From a virus (taxonomy: Duplodnaviria > Caudoviricetes), in IMG/VR virus record IMGVR_UViG_3300033067_002581, positions 32,001 through 96,000 of that record: a stretch of 64,000 nucleotides of DNA, one strand, 5' to 3'. Below the pieces are notes generated by a model. It saw nothing but the letters and a program-made list of their open reading frames with translations, had not been told where the DNA came from and made no database searches. Each line of letters starts with the position of its first letter. Positions within the stretch are counted from its first letter, which is position 1. The position numbers were made by a program, and so were the translations under genes. Below are positions 28,586-38,005 of this stretch, one piece after another.

Positions 28586-31306
28586 TTAGTAACCAAGCGC
28601 TTTGGCGTGACGCCCAGTTCTCGGCCGCGGGCTGACCCTTGAACGTTTCACAGCTGCTTTGATAGCGTTGATCATCGCTTGACCGTCGCTACCAGGCTTC
28701 ACAAGGATCTGCGCGTCCTCAGCATCGGGAAGGTGTTTCCGCACATACCCACTTGACGTGACTGAGTATTTTGCGTCTGTCTGCTTGTCTAACATGACAA
28801 GCGTACCGTTTACGCTCTGCTTGCTAGTGCTGACGTCAACCAAGCCGATATCGCTAAAATCACTCGCTGAAACCTGCTCAGGCTGAGCGGCTACTGACGC
28901 TACAGGTAACAGAACCTGAACAAACGAACTCTCCGCTCCACCTTTAACAGAAGCGTCAAACTTTGCAGCTTTCAGTAACTGTTCAATCTTACTAGCGATT
29001 TTTTTATGAGACGCTATCATATCTGCGTACTCATACGCATCTTTGACGTGCCTATCATCCTCAGATTCAGTGTGCAGTTCAATTCTGTCTGGTTTGTTGC
29101 CACGACCTGAAAACGACATCCACACGCAGAAGCCGTTCGACCCATAGGATTCAGCGCCATCTTCTGGCGGCTCACGTTCGAATCCAAAGCCAGCAGACGA
29201 CAGCAATTTCTCTATCTTCGCAATATTTTTTTCCTGTGCTGCCTCTCGCTGAGCAACAACTGTCGTCCCCGCGGGAGCCTCAGTGAGCTGATTACGCATA
29301 CGACTCCTGATCTCACGAAGCGCCAGCCTCACATCCTGACTCGTGACACCCTCGCCAAAGACAGCCTTACGATCCTTCGTGATCGCGTTGACAACCTTCT
29401 GAACCATCTCCTCTGGCGTCCCGCCTCCCGGGAGCATGAGGTTTGAGTCGAGCGTAGCGCCAGGACGCCGCTTTCGCACGTATCCGCTAGACTGCAGGAA
29501 GTACTTGATGTCTGTCTCCTTGTCGAGGAGGACGACCGTACCGTTAGCCCGCTGCTTCTCTGTCGAGATGTCCTCAACGCCGTTTATCTGCGGGACGTTG
29601 AACGAGAGGTTCTGCTGGATCGCGTCCTCGGCCTTTGGGATCGAGATGGTTACACGCCAGTCGTTTGACTCGCTCATGCCGTAGTTGCGTTTGGGTGTCA
29701 GTTTGACGCTGCCGTACCTCTTGCAGTCACCTGCAAAGTCACGAACTTCCTGTTCAGAGAGAGCGTGACTGTTTCTAAACTCAACAGACACGACGTAGTT
29801 TTTCGCGCTTGATGAAAGGTTTACGAACGCGTTGCTTCTACTGACGTTCAGGTTGTCACGAACCTCTCGTTGTATCTCATCGAACGCGCGCCTGACATCT
29901 GATGGGTACTGCCTGGTCATGTGCAGTGGCTTGCCTTTGATCTCAGCGAGCCTGCGCTCACGACCTTCACCGAATCTCTTCATACGAGACTTCTTAATCC
30001 TTGAGACAACGATGTCGACCATCTGCTCTGGTGTGCCCCCGCCTGGCTTCATGATGACCTGGCCCTCCTCACGACCAGCGGTGTATGGGTTCGTCGACAC
30101 AACGATCTTGCGAACATAACCGTTTGAATACAGCGCGTACTTGTCGTCGGTCTCTTTATCCTTGATGACGAGCGTACCATTCGCTCTCTGCTTCTCAGTC
30201 GAGACGTCAGCGATGCCCGGGATTTCAGGCATGACAAACTGCTTCGGCGTCACAAGCCTGTCTTCGCTCTTGGGTATCGTGAAAATATACTGAGTTCGAT
30301 CGTCGCTGTAAGGCCTGACGATTTTCACAGGACCTAGCTTTTTGAGTATCGAAAGAAACTTCGCTTCAACTGATTTTCGGCGTTCTGATTCATAGATCTC
30401 GACAGTGATGAGGTAGTTTTTCGCACCAGAGCTCTTGTGGACCCACCCCTCTCCACGTTTAATACCGACGGATCTAAGAGCGTCTTCAGCGCGCGCCGCT
30501 AGCAGATCGATTTCTGGTGGGTACGTCTCTGATTGATGAAGCGAACGACCTCTGATCGCCTCGTTCACGATGTTCGTTAAAGCGGACAGCGACACGTTGT
30601 TTACTGATCTCAGTACTCTCTTTACCGATCTGACCTCACCAAAAGTTTTTTTACGCGCTTTCGTGATCCTGTCAGACACGAAGCTGACCATCTCATCAGC
30701 TGACTTTCCATCTGGTTTAAGCATCACGGATGCGCTATCTCCGTTCCCACGAAGATACGGACTCGCTGACGTTGTAATTCTTCTGACGTAGCCGTTTGAG
30801 TGAAGCGAGTATCTGGTCCCTGTCTCCTTGTCAAGGATGACCATGGTGCCGTTCTCGCGCTGCTTCGTGGTCGTTATGTCTTCGATCCCAGGAATCTTTG
30901 GTGGCTCGAACGATTTTACATCGATCTCTCCTGTGTCACTCTTCGGAAGAGTCACGATGTATATCGCGCCGCTATCGGCCTCGCTGTGTACTTTCAGCGT
31001 TGGCGATCCACCAGACCATGACGCGCATAGGCTGTTGATGATGCGCTTGCAGGTGTTTCGTCTTGCGCGATCGACGCCGATCGAGTTGCTATCAGGTATG
31101 ATAGACGCGCGTAACATGAACCCACTGTTGTCATCTGACATCCACGCGATGACATAGACATTGATCTTCTCACCTTTAAAGATCTCGCTTAGTCCGCGTT
31201 TCACATTTCTGACAAGGGCTGCAGCCTCAGGTGATATCGCGGTTGATTTGATCTTGCCAACTGCTTCAGTGACGATGTCACGTAGGTCTGTCATGGTCAT
31301 TTTCAT
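28586..31306 (-). CDS. four-module repeat protein / putative head polyprotein
   Basis: four copies of GxxDxxTxKQxxNGTxVxxDKxTxxxYxxxSxGYVR, each module preceded by an L/I/V-x-E leader. Confidence 0.8.
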   Translation of the reverse strand: MKMTMTDLRDIVTEAVGKIKSTAISPEAAALVRNVKRGLSEIFKGEKINVYVIAWMSDDNSGFMLRASIIPDSNSIGVDRARRNTCKRIINSLCASWSGGSPTLKVHSEADSGAIYIVTLPKSDTGEIDVKSFEPPKIPGIEDITTTKQRENGTMVILDKETGTRYSLHSNGYVRRITTSASPYLRGNGDSASVMLKPDGKSADEMVSFVSDRITKARKKTFGEVRSVKRVLRSVNNVSLSALTNIVNEAIRGRSLHQSETYPPEIDLLAARAEDALRSVGIKRGEGWVHKSSGAKNYLITVEIYESERRKSVEAKFLSILKKLGPVKIVRPYSDDRTQYIFTIPKSEDRLVTPKQFVMPEIPGIADVSTEKQRANGTLVIKDKETDDKYALYSNGYVRKIVVSTNPYTAGREEGQVIMKPGGGTPEQMVDIVVSRIKKSRMKRFGEGRERRLAEIKGKPLHMTRQYPSDVRRAFDEIQREVRDNLNVSRSNAFVNLSSSAKNYVVSVEFRNSHALSEQEVRDFAGDCKRYGSVKLTPKRNYGMSESNDWRVTISIPKAEDAIQQNLSFNVPQINGVEDISTEKQRANGTVVLLDKETDIKYFLQSSGYVRKRRPGATLDSNLMLPGGGTPEEMVQKVVNAITKDRKAVFGEGVTSQDVRLALREIRSRMRNQLTEAPAGTTVVAQREAAQEKNIAKIEKLLSSAGFGFEREPPEDGAESYGSNGFCVWMSFSGRGNKPDRIELHTESEDDRHVKDAYEYADMIASHKKIASKIEQLLKAAKFDASVKGGAESSFVQVLLPVASVAAQPEQVSASDFSDIGLVDVSTSKQSVNGTLVMLDKQTDAKYSVTSSGYVRKHLPDAEDAQILVKPGSDGQAMINAIKAAVKRSRVSPRPRTGRHAKALGY

Positions 31307-31324
31307 ATATGATACGTATTGCGC

Positions 31325-31597
31325 TCAGCTCGTGTGTCGGAGCCTCGCTGGGACTACGTGACGTGAGCTACCACGCGCGGCACGCAGATCAGGCGTGTTT
31401 GCTTCAAACGACCTGGTGTCTGTCGAACCCTGCGCGGCGCTGTCTGAGAGCTGCTTGTTTATCCTCTCAACAAACCAACGCCTTATCGGTATCTGTAGAT
31501 CTCTGGCATCAGAGTACGTGAAGCCGAGATGATGCATCAGTATGAAGATCGGTTCGAGCTGACAACGTTGCTTATCGCTTGGCTCGAGGCCAAAGAA
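31325..31597 (-). CDS. tail chaperone C-terminal extension (GT-like), probably reached by frameshift
   Basis: frame is open from TTC TTT GGC at 31597 (FFGLEPSDKQRCQLEPIFILMHHLG...) with no start codon before 31537. Confidence 0.6.
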   Translation of the reverse strand, partial: FFGLEPSDKQRCQLEPIFILMHHLGFTYSDARDLQIPIRRWFVERINKQLSDSAAQGSTDTRSFEANTPDLRAARGSSRHVVPARLRHTS

Positions 31598-32402
31598 ACG
31601 AGACTCCCAGCGGGATGCTCACCTCTTCGACGAAACCACACGACTTGCACTCTGAATCCTGCTTCGTGCTGATGTCTGGCGAGTGCTGCGCGATATACGA
31701 GCGGAGCGCCAGTGAGTCACGAGCTAGCATGTTTCTCGCGAAATCAGCGATCTTCTGACGATCATCGACGCCATCGATCGACACGATCGCGTCTCTCAGG
31801 CTATCAGTGACAGACTGCTCGACCTGGACGGATCCCATCGCCCTCTTACGAGCCACCTGCGTCTTAGCCGACGACTCCTCGGACCTACCAGTCAGGAACC
31901 TGAAGTTGACGACCTTGCCTGACTGCGGCAGCTTGAACTCGAAGCGATTCTCGTAGTCTCTGACGGGCTTGATGTCAAGGAAGTTGATCGGGATCGTCGA
32001 GAGGTCGAACGTCCTGTCTGACTTCTCGCCGCACTCCGAACACTCGATCGACGCCTCGTATGATGGACCGTAACCAGAGATGCGAATGGCGAATACTAGA
32101 GCGTTTCGATCGCCTGCTATCATGTCAGCCGGATCGATCGATTTGTCAATGAGGCAGCTGCGTATCAAGGCGGTGATCGCTGTCCCGTTCTTGATCAGTG
32201 CTGGTGACATGAGGATGTCCTCCTCACGCGCAGTCATCGGCTTGATGTATAGCTCTGCTCGACCATGAAGTGACGACGTATCAGGATACACTAGCCCCCT
32301 AGACGGGAGGGGTATCGTCTCATGCGGCACGTCGTCTGCCTGAGGTTGTGGCTGCGTAGCTGGCTGTGTGAAGATCGCGTTGTTTGTTCGTTTATCTGAC
32401 AT
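31572..32402 (-). CDS. gp26-like baseplate/tail assembly chaperone
   Basis: LPSRGLVYP, IKPMTAREEDIL, GDRNALVFAIRISGYG, CxxC pairs, ends SFLWP. Confidence 0.8.
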   Translation of the reverse strand: MSDKRTNNAIFTQPATQPQPQADDVPHETIPLPSRGLVYPDTSSLHGRAELYIKPMTAREEDILMSPALIKNGTAITALIRSCLIDKSIDPADMIAGDRNALVFAIRISGYGPSYEASIECSECGEKSDRTFDLSTIPINFLDIKPVRDYENRFEFKLPQSGKVVNFRFLTGRSEESSAKTQVARKRAMGSVQVEQSVTDSLRDAIVSIDGVDDRQKIADFARNMLARDSLALRSYIAQHSPDISTKQDSECKSCGFVEEVSIPLGVSFLWPRAKR

Positions 32403-32463
32403 GTAGCGTATATGATAACGTAAGCGATCTTAACGTGTCACTATGCGTGACACGACGATCATC

Positions 32464-32781
32464 TTATGATCCGTACTCACCGTTCATCAGCGCTGTCTCT
32501 GCGCGCTCGATCTCTTCAAGGATCTTGTCATTGAGCCTAGAACACGCCTCTCTGACCTGCGCCGTCCAGCTGTCACGCGATGCGATCTCATCCTCATCAC
32601 CTTCTCCAGCCGGGTTCATCAACTCTGAGCGGTATTGAGCTGACCACTGGTCTTTCAAGCTCTCGACGAGAAAATCGACAGCCTCATCATATGAGCTCGG
32701 GATCTGCCTTGAGTCGATCTCACCAGCTGACTCCCTGATGATGCGTGATAGCTGCCTAGCGGACACTTTTCTGATCTTCAT
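32464..32781 (-). CDS. hypothetical leader-bearing acidic protein (MKIRKVSARQLSRIIRES)
   Basis: shared leader; start re-assigned. Confidence 0.65.
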   Translation of the reverse strand: MKIRKVSARQLSRIIRESAGEIDSRQIPSSYDEAVDFLVESLKDQWSAQYRSELMNPAGEGDEDEIASRDSWTAQVREACSRLNDKILEEIERAETALMNGEYGS

Positions 32782-32813
32782 ATAAGAAGATATCATCATG
32801 CATTACATTATCA

Positions 32814-34520
32814 ATGATGAGCGGACACAAAGAACACTTAGAAGAATTCGCGAAGATGCATGGTGTGACGTGGAGGAGAGGGCAGGACGACGCCATCCTC
32901 GAGATCCTTGCAGCGAAAGATAGTGGCGCGCGGTGTGTCATCCTAGACGCGCCGACTGGCTCTGGCAAGAGCCTGATAGCCATGGCGCTCGGGTGGTGCC
33001 TCTCGCGAGAGGCTCAGAGTTCGTACGTTCTTGTGTCAGACCTGACGCTGCAGCGTCAGTACGTGTCTGACTTTGAGAAGCTAGGCCTGCGATGGCCTTC
33101 GGTCATGGGCGTGAAAAACTATGAGTGCTCTGAGTCACGAACGCCCGTCTCAGTCGGATGGTGCTCAGGGAACCTGATCAAACTAGGCATCAAGAGACGT
33201 GACCTTCCGTGCTATTCTGGGTGTGGCTACTACTCCGCTAGAGATGCCGCCCAGCTGTCAAGCGTCGCACTCTTAAACTACGCGTACTGGCTGATGCAGA
33301 TGAATTACGTCAACCTGCGGCTGCGACGGGGTGAGCAGTCTGAAGGTGGCTTCGCGGTGAGAGACGCATCCATATTTGACGAGGCACACAAGATAGACGC
33401 GATCGTGCACAGTCACTGCGCCGTCAAGCTCGACGCGAGGCTGCTCGCGGCGATATCCTCAATGAAGCACATCGTCCCGCCGCGAGCTCGAACAAAATCA
33501 GTGAAACTCATGCGAGATATCGCGGCGGCTGACAGAGCGTCGTGGCTGCCGATGATAGAGGAGCTTGAGAGGCTCATCGGCAAGATGGAGAGTGCCGCGA
33601 TGAAATGGCGATCCGATCTCGATCCTACCGTCAAGAGGTGGGACGCGAAGACGACCTCGCTGATGCACGCCGCCGCGGACCTAAGGGACGCTCACTGCAA
33701 GATCGAGGACTACCTTCAGATAGTGAAACCCAGCGTCAACGACATGACGCTCACGCCAGAGCCAAGCGGTGCGGTGCTAAACACGCTTGACACTCAATCA
33801 CTCGTCGGCTTCATGCTTAACAGGAGCACCAGGTTTCGAGTGCTGATGAGCGCGACATGGGGCTGTGAGAAAACAGCTAAAAGGTCAATCGGCGCTAACG
33901 ATGCCGTGATCGTGAAGATCAGGAGCGACTTCGACTTCACGAAGAGCTCACTGATCGTGTCACCCAGCGGAGACATGTCAGGTAAGTCTCGAGACGCATC
34001 GGTGCCAAATATCGCTGCGGCGCTCGACACTTTGATCGCTGCGCACCCAGGTATGCGTGGCGTCGTACACACGAGCTCATACGACATACGCGATAGGCTT
34101 ACTGCGCTCGTGTCAGACGCGTCTCGAGCGAGGCTCACACCATATGACGACACTCGAGGCAAAGAGGCGGCCTTGTCGCGACACTCCGCGTGTGATGACA
34201 GCGTCCTGATAGGGCCGTCGCTCGTTGAAGGTATCAACCTGCCTGATGACATGTGTCGCTTCGTAGTGTTCGCGAAGTGCCCGTATCCCTATCTGGGAGA
34301 CGACTGGACAGCGAAGAAGACTGAACGCGACAGGCATTGGTATGAGTGGAAGACAGCTCTTGCGATAGAGCAGGGTAGTGGTCGCGGGATGCGACACGCT
34401 AATGACTGGTGTAACGTCTTTTTCTTAGACAGCGCGTTCCTGAAATTCTTCAGGAACTCAAAGAGCTTCAGCACACAGTTCTCTGAGCGATTGAAGGCTG
34501 GCGATCAAGAGGTCACATGA
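32814..34520 (+). CDS. DinG/XPD-family SF2 helicase
   Basis: APTGSGKS, Cys cluster, DEAH, SAT, EGINLPDD..FAKCPYP, QGSGRGMRH. Confidence 0.9.
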   Translation: MMSGHKEHLEEFAKMHGVTWRRGQDDAILEILAAKDSGARCVILDAPTGSGKSLIAMALGWCLSREAQSSYVLVSDLTLQRQYVSDFEKLGLRWPSVMGVKNYECSESRTPVSVGWCSGNLIKLGIKRRDLPCYSGCGYYSARDAAQLSSVALLNYAYWLMQMNYVNLRLRRGEQSEGGFAVRDASIFDEAHKIDAIVHSHCAVKLDARLLAAISSMKHIVPPRARTKSVKLMRDIAAADRASWLPMIEELERLIGKMESAAMKWRSDLDPTVKRWDAKTTSLMHAAADLRDAHCKIEDYLQIVKPSVNDMTLTPEPSGAVLNTLDTQSLVGFMLNRSTRFRVLMSATWGCEKTAKRSIGANDAVIVKIRSDFDFTKSSLIVSPSGDMSGKSRDASVPNIAAALDTLIAAHPGMRGVVHTSSYDIRDRLTALVSDASRARLTPYDDTRGKEAALSRHSACDDSVLIGPSLVEGINLPDDMCRFVVFAKCPYPYLGDDWTAKKTERDRHWYEWKTALAIEQGSGRGMRHANDWCNVFFLDSAFLKFFRNSKSFSTQFSERLKAGDQEVT

Positions 34521-34792
34521 TCGAGCAGCGACTGCAAGGCATCCAACGCCTCTCTGTATCTAGAGGATGCCAGACGAAGTCGTTCAACGTACCGATCTAG
34601 CCGTGGATCTGACGGCAGCGGCGCTCCAGCGCCGCCGAGCGTATCATCAAGAAAATTCATCGCTCCGATGACACCACCTATCGCTTCTGATGCCTGAGTC
34701 GCAGCGTAAGAGTTATCAGTCGCATCATCCTCTGTATGATGTAGCAGTGATTCCCTGATCGCATGCGTCAGTTGTCTGGCTGTGACTTTCAT
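34505..34792 (-). CDS. hypothetical leader-bearing protein (MKVTARQLTHAIRES)
   Basis: shared leader. Confidence 0.7.
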   Translation of the reverse strand: MKVTARQLTHAIRESLLHHTEDDATDNSYAATQASEAIGGVIGAMNFLDDTLGGAGAPLPSDPRLDRYVERLRLASSRYREALDALQSLLDHVTS

Positions 34793-34798
34793 CTCGTG

Positions 34799-35062
34799 TC
34801 ACTCCTGCGTCGAGCTTACCTGCAGGCGTGCGTTCATCTTGCGCAGCGACGCAAGCATCTGCTCGCCGTTCGGGATCTCATCCCAACCATGCATATCGAT
34901 CAGCTGCTCAAACGCGTCAGCGATCTCAGCGTGCTCTGCGCCCTCGCGGACAGTGCGCTTCTTTTTCTTATCAGCGATCGGCTTTTTCTTAGACTTGGCA
35001 CCCTTCGCCTCAGCGACAGCGCGACCGATGACGCTCTTCAACTCTCTGACTGTGATCTTCAT
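34799..35062 (-). CDS. hypothetical leader-bearing protein (MKITVRELKSVIGRAVAEA)
   Basis: shared leader, Lys-rich stretch; start re-assigned. Confidence 0.7.
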   Translation of the reverse strand: MKITVRELKSVIGRAVAEAKGAKSKKKPIADKKKKRTVREGAEHAEIADAFEQLIDMHGWDEIPNGEQMLASLRKMNARLQVSSTQE

Positions 35063-35127
35063 GTCTGTTTCTATTGCTTTCTGCCGAACAAGCATCAGCG
35101 AGCGCGGCTGGATTTGTTTGATGAATG

Positions 35128-35619
35128 TTAGAATTGCAGGATCGCCTGGTCAAACCTGAGGTTGCACGAGATCTCTACCGGAGTCCCGTCCTCATACGTC
35201 AGCTCACCGAAGTTGATCTCTGTTGGCCAGGCGCCGATGAGGTCCCACAGCTCGATCACGTTCCCGACTGGATCAAGGACCTTCAGCTGGAGGTTTCTCT
35301 TATAGAAATCAGCGTAACCAGACCTGCCTGAGACGTTCTCGTAGATCAGCCTGAGCCATTCTGTCATCTGCTGGGCGCCTGATGGCGCGATCGGGTCGTG
35401 CATCGTGACAGCGATCGGGTTCCATTTCGTCTTGCTCGCGAGGTACCTCGTGGCGTTGATCCACGAGATCTCGACCTCCTCAGTTGTCGCCGTCGGGCGT
35501 GCCGCGGACTTTAGCAGGTACGCATCAACACCCTCGATCGCGAGCAACCAGCGATTCTTTCGCTTCGGCTCAAAATGAGTCGCGAGCATCGACGTAACGT
35601 CTAGTGTCTCAACTGCCAT
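35128..35619 (-). CDS. gp19: tail tube protein (T4 gp19-like)
   Basis: FEPKRKNRW, DPIAPSGAQ, WLR, GYADFYK, LDPVG...W.L.GAWP. Confidence 0.88.
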   Translation of the reverse strand: MAVETLDVTSMLATHFEPKRKNRWLLAIEGVDAYLLKSAARPTATTEEVEISWINATRYLASKTKWNPIAVTMHDPIAPSGAQQMTEWLRLIYENVSGRSGYADFYKRNLQLKVLDPVGNVIELWDLIGAWPTEINFGELTYEDGTPVEISCNLRFDQAILQF

Positions 35620-35660
35620 GTGTAAAGATCCCTCTTCACCTTATGTATGCGAGAGCTCGC

Positions 35661-35993
35661 TTACCGAGACTTCTTCGCGTACTCTTCAAAATAGTCAGAC
35701 ACTCTCTCGCCGGAGCCTCGCAGACCCCATCGCAAAGCGGCCTTCACCTGCTCAGCCGTGCCGCGAACGCGAACCTCAGTATCATCATTAGGTGACACAC
35801 GGATCTGCGAGATCGTCACGCCAGACGTAGCTAGGCTCTTTCTAATCTTTTCTTTATCATCTGACGTCACGTCAAACGAACAAGTGTATGTCTCACTGGC
35901 TTCGCGTAAAATGTTTTGCGATCGCTTTGAATTTTCTTCAGCGCTAAGCGCCTCGCGCAGAAGATTCTTAAAATCTCTTACCATTATCCTCAT
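35661..35993 (-). CDS. hypothetical leader-bearing protein (MRIMVRDFKNLLREA)
   Basis: shared leader plus a second ILREA site. Confidence 0.65.
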   Translation of the reverse strand: MRIMVRDFKNLLREALSAEENSKRSQNILREASETYTCSFDVTSDDKEKIRKSLATSGVTISQIRVSPNDDTEVRVRGTAEQVKAALRWGLRGSGERVSDYFEEYAKKSR

Positions 35994-36448
35994 GTCAGAT
36001 CCACCACTTTCTCTGTCCCAAACAATCTACGCCAGTCACTGATGAATCGATCGTTTACGTTCATCGCGATCGCTCCAGACCTGTCACCACCGTGGAAATC
36101 AAACTCTACGTCTCTGATCGCTCGCTCCGTAAAACCAAGCGATCTTAGCAGGTCTCGAAACTCCTGCTTGCTGATGATGTGCTCGTGGCGAGCTGTTGAT
36201 GTGTCAGCGTGGCGCGGGTCATCCCAGCGCTTACCCTCGTTCTCAGCGATGTACACAAGCAGCTCGCCGTAATCGTTTAAAGTGTGTCGCTTGAGCTGCA
36301 ATTTCGTCACGCTTGAGTCCCTGCAGTGAGCCTTGTAGTTCACGACGTACGGATCCTGAAGCGTCTTCAGCGTCGCGGTTCGAGCGCCACTGTAGATCGC
36401 CTCTGATATAAGAACTCGTAACGGCGAAAGCTTGCTTCTTTTATGCAT
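35990..36448 (-). CDS. hypothetical leader-bearing protein (LRVLISEA)
   Basis: shared leader. Confidence 0.65.
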   Translation of the reverse strand: MHKRSKLSPLRVLISEAIYSGARTATLKTLQDPYVVNYKAHCRDSSVTKLQLKRHTLNDYGELLVYIAENEGKRWDDPRHADTSTARHEHIISKQEFRDLLRSLGFTERAIRDVEFDFHGGDRSGAIAMNVNDRFISDWRRLFGTEKVVDLT

Positions 36449-37512
36449 CAGTAGCCTCTACGACGAGCAAAACGATCCTCGCGGATGCTGATCGACACGT
36501 CAAAATCAACTGTCAGTATCTCTGGCGGTACTTTCACGCGTGAGTCCTTCGGATCAGCCCAGTCATATGAGATCTCTAGCACCTCTGAACCGCTGCTGTC
36601 AAGAGGTACCTCGACGATCATACCGTCATCATTCTTGACATCAAAGCCCGCGGCGCGTACGGCAGCGAAGACGGCGTCACGCATCTCCTCGCCACTCTTC
36701 TTCGAGCGTTTCACATCGACCATCGCTGTCTTGTGAAGCTGAGAGACGACAGGCGTGACTCGCAGCTTGCGTAGCTCGGAGGCTATCAGCTCAGCCATAC
36801 CCATCGGGTCAGCGATCTCTCGCTTCGATTTCTCATACTCTGGCACACCAAACCCGCACGCTGCCGCGTCAGCTCTCTCAGCGACGGACGCCGCGTTCTT
36901 GCCGCTTAGCTTGCCGAGATCGATGAAGAGGTCGTGTATCGTGCCAGCGACGGCGCTCGCTCCGTCCTCCCTGCCTTCATCATCGCGATACTTTCGAGTC
37001 GCCTCGATCTCGCACTCTTGCCAGGCGTCCCACAGCGGGCCCGTCACATCATCAGACCCACCATAATCAAGGTCGCTGATGACGCTGATGACGTCAGGTG
37101 AGAGCCCGAGCTCAGTCGCCAACGAGGCGACATACTTGCGATACTCGCTCCACGATTTTGGATAGTTCTGCGCGCTGAGAGCGAGCTTAGACTTCTGCTG
37201 CTTCTTGCCACGCACGGCTTCGGAGACGATCTGCCGTAGCTCCCTGACTGTCACTCTCATCTTGTCACTCTGCCCAAAGTTCTTTATCTGACTCAGCGAA
37301 GTAGACATGCTTTCAATCGCCGCTTTGTCTTCCTGATTATCAGGATCTGCTGATGCTGAGGCTATCTGGATTAACGTTTTGATGCGATCGGCGTATTGAG
37401 ACGCTATGTTGCTTGCTATCGATGCGCTGGCGGCGTCAGCGATCGCTATGCGCGATTTTTGCAATGAGTGTTTGACCGCGTCATTGGCGACGCTGACCTT
37501 ACGAGTAATCAT
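36448..37512 (-). CDS. hypothetical protein with internal leader (MRVTVRELRQIVSEA at about aa 85)
   Basis: 354-aa ORF; possible gene fusion or internal start. Confidence 0.65.
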   Translation of the reverse strand: MITRKVSVANDAVKHSLQKSRIAIADAASASIASNIASQYADRIKTLIQIASASADPDNQEDKAAIESMSTSLSQIKNFGQSDKMRVTVRELRQIVSEAVRGKKQQKSKLALSAQNYPKSWSEYRKYVASLATELGLSPDVISVISDLDYGGSDDVTGPLWDAWQECEIEATRKYRDDEGREDGASAVAGTIHDLFIDLGKLSGKNAASVAERADAAACGFGVPEYEKSKREIADPMGMAELIASELRKLRVTPVVSQLHKTAMVDVKRSKKSGEEMRDAVFAAVRAAGFDVKNDDGMIVEVPLDSSGSEVLEISYDWADPKDSRVKVPPEILTVDFDVSISIREDRFARRRGY

Positions 37513-37708
37513 CGTCTAACGTATCTTCTTCATCTGATTCAGCGTCGTCAAGGTCGACGTCTGATAGCTCTTCATCAGGATACTCATCTTCATCGTCCAG
37601 TAGAAGATCGTCTGACTCAGCGTCATCATCGCTGAACTCACTGTCATATAGTGTATCTTCTGGTTCGTCATTGATGCTATCAAACAGAGCTTCTCTAAGC
37701 GTATTCAT
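37499..37708 (-). CDS. highly acidic small protein (34/69 D+E) with TLREA leader
   Basis: RBS GAGGAG; composition counted by hand. Confidence 0.7.
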   Translation of the reverse strand: MNTLREALFDSINDEPEDTLYDSEFSDDDAESDDLLLDDEDEYPDEELSDVDLDDAESDEEDTLDDDYS

Positions 37709-37809
37709 GTGATCTCCTCTGAATCAGGTGCTGTCTCGAGCGCCCTGGCACCCAGGGTGCCATCACTCGAGACGATATAGAATCCATGGCTCAGGCTATC
37801 AGGTGTCAC

Positions 37810-37992
37810 CTAGCAGCGAATCGTAGAGCCTTGTGTGGAGCTATCTGTCGATAGCTGCGAGGACTGCCCGTTACGCTTGCGTGACTTGACATAATCGGCT
37901 AAAGGATCGGTGTCATCGACGTCATCTGATCCAAGAGACATCTGAACAAGCTCCACAAGCATAGAGATCTGAGCGCTAAGTTTATGATTCAT
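37810..37992 (-). CDS. hypothetical protein (frame stays open past TAG to 37705)
   Basis: 60-aa ORF. Confidence 0.4.
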   Translation of the reverse strand: MNHKLSAQISMLVELVQMSLGSDDVDDTDPLADYVKSRKRNGQSSQLSTDSSTQGSTIRC

Positions 37993-38005
37993 CTGTTGTC
38001 ACAGA

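Noticed and set aside
32814-34520. Type IV CRISPR-associated CasDinG
   Set aside because: No csf/cas genes or array nearby
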